Source: Squalus acanthias (lineage: Eukaryota). Taken from it: a stretch of 64,000 bases of DNA. The DNA lies in the NCBI GenBank assembly GCA_030390025.1, contig CM059451.1, positions 21,452,001 to 21,516,000 on the forward strand, written 5' to 3'. Of this stretch, positions 61,404 through 64,000 are shown piece after piece. Numbering within the stretch: the stretch's first letter is position 1; each line of letters begins with the position of its first letter. The notes beneath the pieces were generated by a model, which ran no database searches, was not told the DNA's origin, and worked only from the letters and a program-made list of their open reading frames with translations. A program made the translations under genes and the position numbers.

Positions 61404-63354
61404 GTAAGGGACGGGCAGCAGGAAGCTTCGCCGTGCAGAAAGTGCAAGAGTTTTCTTTTTTTAGTTACAAAGTTTCTGTATCTGGGGGATCGCAATCCCA
61501 GTCAGAAACATTATTGGGGGGAAGAGGGATGCGCGGGGTCCTAACGCCGGTGCTATCTCCTCATTCCAGATGTGCGCTCGTATCATTCCTACAAATATAT
61601 CTGCAGCAGTGCACATTTTTTTAAAAAGTTCACATGGCTATAAGATGTGTGCATGTTATAGAAAATATCTGTAACGATGTTAAATTCAGATGTTATTTAT
61701 GCTTCCACTTTTTATTCAAGGGTTGTGATTTGAATTTGAATACTTAGGGTTTATAAAACCTATCTCGATATGAAGGATGATTTGTTGTATTTCTGCAGAT
61801 AAGGGTTGGTAGTGGTGGGGTGGAAGTTCCAAGAGGGTGCGGTCATACTACTGCATTCTGATACTTTTTACATTGCATGCCTTTGGTGATAAAATATTAT
61901 TTTTAATTGTAGCAGATTTTAGGATGGTTTGTTCTTTTGGATGTTCTTCCTGATTAGATCTGTTAGAAATTTGTTGTGAGGGGGTTGCTGTGCATGGGGC
62001 ACTGGGTGTGGAATGTATCCTTCCTTACTTCCCAGCGCAGAGGTGGCTCTGAAGCAAAAACACATTTTTAATGTTGTTACAATTTTTGATACAAGCTTGC
62101 AGTTCAGTGGAGCATAGCAACCTCGATCGCACAGATTGCAGCCACCGTTCCATTAAAGTGGAATAATCTGCATTACTCACCAGTACAGATGTTGAGGCAG
62201 TTAATCTATGAGAGGGGAGGGAGGGTGGGTGGGGGTGGAGACGACAGTAGAGGGATACAATGCCTGTCCTCTCCTCATTCTAGATATCCGATATACCATA
62301 CTGTTGAAAATGAAAAAAGCATGGGCACAGAGTCTACATCTGATTGAACACTTTTTTTTGATTTTATGGGATTTGGTCACACTGGATGGTATTGGTGCAC
62401 TGATGCTCTAATTCACAGCATTATAAACAGATGGGATTTGTGTTCTCATCCCATGATTTCCATGGGGAAGGTACTAAGTAAAGGCACTTTGTTGCAAGGA
62501 GGGAGGGAATAGTAATAGATTAGTTATATCCCCCTTTGATGCTTGGCTCCGAGATGTGCTCCCTAGGCATTCCCCAGAAGCTGAGAAGCAGCTTCCATGA
62601 CTGCCCTTTCTGCTGCTGGAGGATGTGTGCCAAAGGGTGATCCAAGTGCGGGGGGAATCAAGTAACTTATGACTGGAGCAAAATAGGAGTTTATCTTATT
62701 TGGACTCCACGTTATTGCTTTTTAAATTTATGTTTTGAGGGTGATAGTCTATCTTAAGGCATTTCTCCCCCCCGCTCCCCTCCCCTCCTCCACACTTGAT
62801 TCTCCCTGCACCACACACACCATTCCTGCCTGAGAAGATGATCTGTGTCCAGTAGGCACTTTGCTTTGTTCAGTCCATTCCTCAGGGGCTGCTGTGATAT
62901 GGACGAAGGACCCCAGGTATGAACCTGCATTGCACCACATCATAGCGCAATGCATTGGGGCCAGTTGAAGAAAGTGTTGTGAACAAAAATGAAATACTGA
63001 AGGAACTTGGCAGTTACCGAGTTAAAAGCACTCCATATAAAGTATGCTGTAAAATCAGTTGCTCTTTAAATGAAACACAGATGGACAGGCTATGAGGGAA
63101 CAGTTTAGCAGGATTCTGGGACACTAATATTTGGTTATGGAGAATCTGCTGGTAAATTGGAAGCAGTATTGTTAGGGAGCAAATCCCAGCTTCTTTCAGT
63201 GTCCATGATTGAACAGATGCTGGTCCATGTTCTCTCAATGCAGCAGGCACTCACAGATAGAACCAGTGGCTGATGTTAATGGACTTCAAATTGGAGCCTT
63301 TACCTGACTTGAAACAGCAGGTCTCCTCAGAGTGCACTGCAGTAAAAAAAAATC

Positions 63355-63460
63355 ATGGTTCTGACGAAGGGTCATTGAGCTGAAAGGTTAACTCTGTTTC
63401 TCTCTCCACAGATGCTGCCTGACCTGCTGAGTATTTCCAGCATTTTCTGTTTTTATTTTT
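63355..63460 (+). mobile_element. Short Penelope-like insertion in ESYT1 intron 1 with a mutated hammerhead core
   Basis: GTT-CTGACGA-AGGGTCATTGAGCT-GAAAG-GTT-AACTCTG; flanking direct repeat AAAAAATCAT(C)GGTTCT. Confidence 0.7.
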
Positions 63461-63609
63461 TAAAAAATCATCGGTTCTTTTAAGACGTGTTTTATTTTAT
63501 TTTTTCAATTTCAGGTGCAAGATGCAACTGAGGAAAATACTTTTTTGTGAACATAATGCTTATCAAGCTGAGGCATACAATTGCTGGGGAATAAAACCCT
63601 TTTCATTGT

Positions 63610-63780
63610 GGCACCCATTGTTAGCACTGCCGGGTCAGATACTGTAGAGTGAAACTTCCTTTAGTTTGCCCCAACAATGTGCCTCAGTCCAAACCCCAGA
63701 AGAGCACCTCCTAATGCATTAGTGAGACATTTCCATTTAATCCAAAAGGTAGCTGGGACTGGGATTTGAATCTATTGTCC
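63610..63780 (-). mobile_element. Degenerate SINE fragment (LF-SINE-like 3' part)
   Basis: Minus strand GACTGAGGCACATTGTTGGGGCA...GGAAGTTTCACTCT resembles recalled LF-SINE sequence; a similar segment lies at 9500-9580. Confidence 0.3.
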
Positions 63781-63834
63781 CATTTATGAAAACGTCCCCC
63801 ATTAAGCAAAATTCTTCAGCATTGAATTAAATTA

Positions 63835-64000
63835 GGGGCACGGTAGCACAGTGGTTATGTTACTGGCCTAGTAATCCAGAAGCCTGGACTAATGATCCAG
63901 AGACGTGAGTTCAAATCTCACCACGGCAGCTGTGGAATTTAAATTGAGCTAATTAAATAAATCTGGAATAAAAAAACTAGGATCAGTTGCCATGAAACTA
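63835..64000 (+). mobile_element. tRNA-derived SINE head, truncated by the window end
   Basis: A box TAGCACAGTGG, B box GAGTTCAAATC; homologous to 9200-9340 on the minus strand. Confidence 0.8.

Noticed and set aside
60975-61544. 189-aa ORF as listed in the ORF track
   Set aside because: It begins at a non-ATG codon in the UTR and runs into intron 1. Only 61077-61403 is ESYT-like.

Overview
Vertebrate genomic DNA. The repeat landscape (young CR1, L2, DeuSINE-type and Penelope-like elements) suggests a cartilaginous fish, though this is inference. The window holds two tandem, same-strand paralogues of the CCCH zinc-finger gene ZC3H10, with single-exon CDSs at 2815-3495 and 26697-27536. Each has a non-coding first exon and a collinear 3' UTR of about 3 kb. 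These are followed by about 30 kb of transposon-rich intergenic DNA, then the CpG-rich promoter and first coding exon of ESYT1 (the ZC3H10-ESYT1 order also occurs in human). The most notable signals are: copy A has a clean in-frame loss of zinc finger 2 but keeps the leucine-zipper-like coiled coil; both copies lack the long C-terminal tail known from human ZC3H10; a ZC3H10-type binding motif lies just upstream of each start codon; the first-exon modules are duplicated and differ in CpG decay; and short Penelope-like insertions carry minimal hammerhead-ribozyme cores. Repeat family names come from recalled consensus similarity, and boundaries were estimated by eye.
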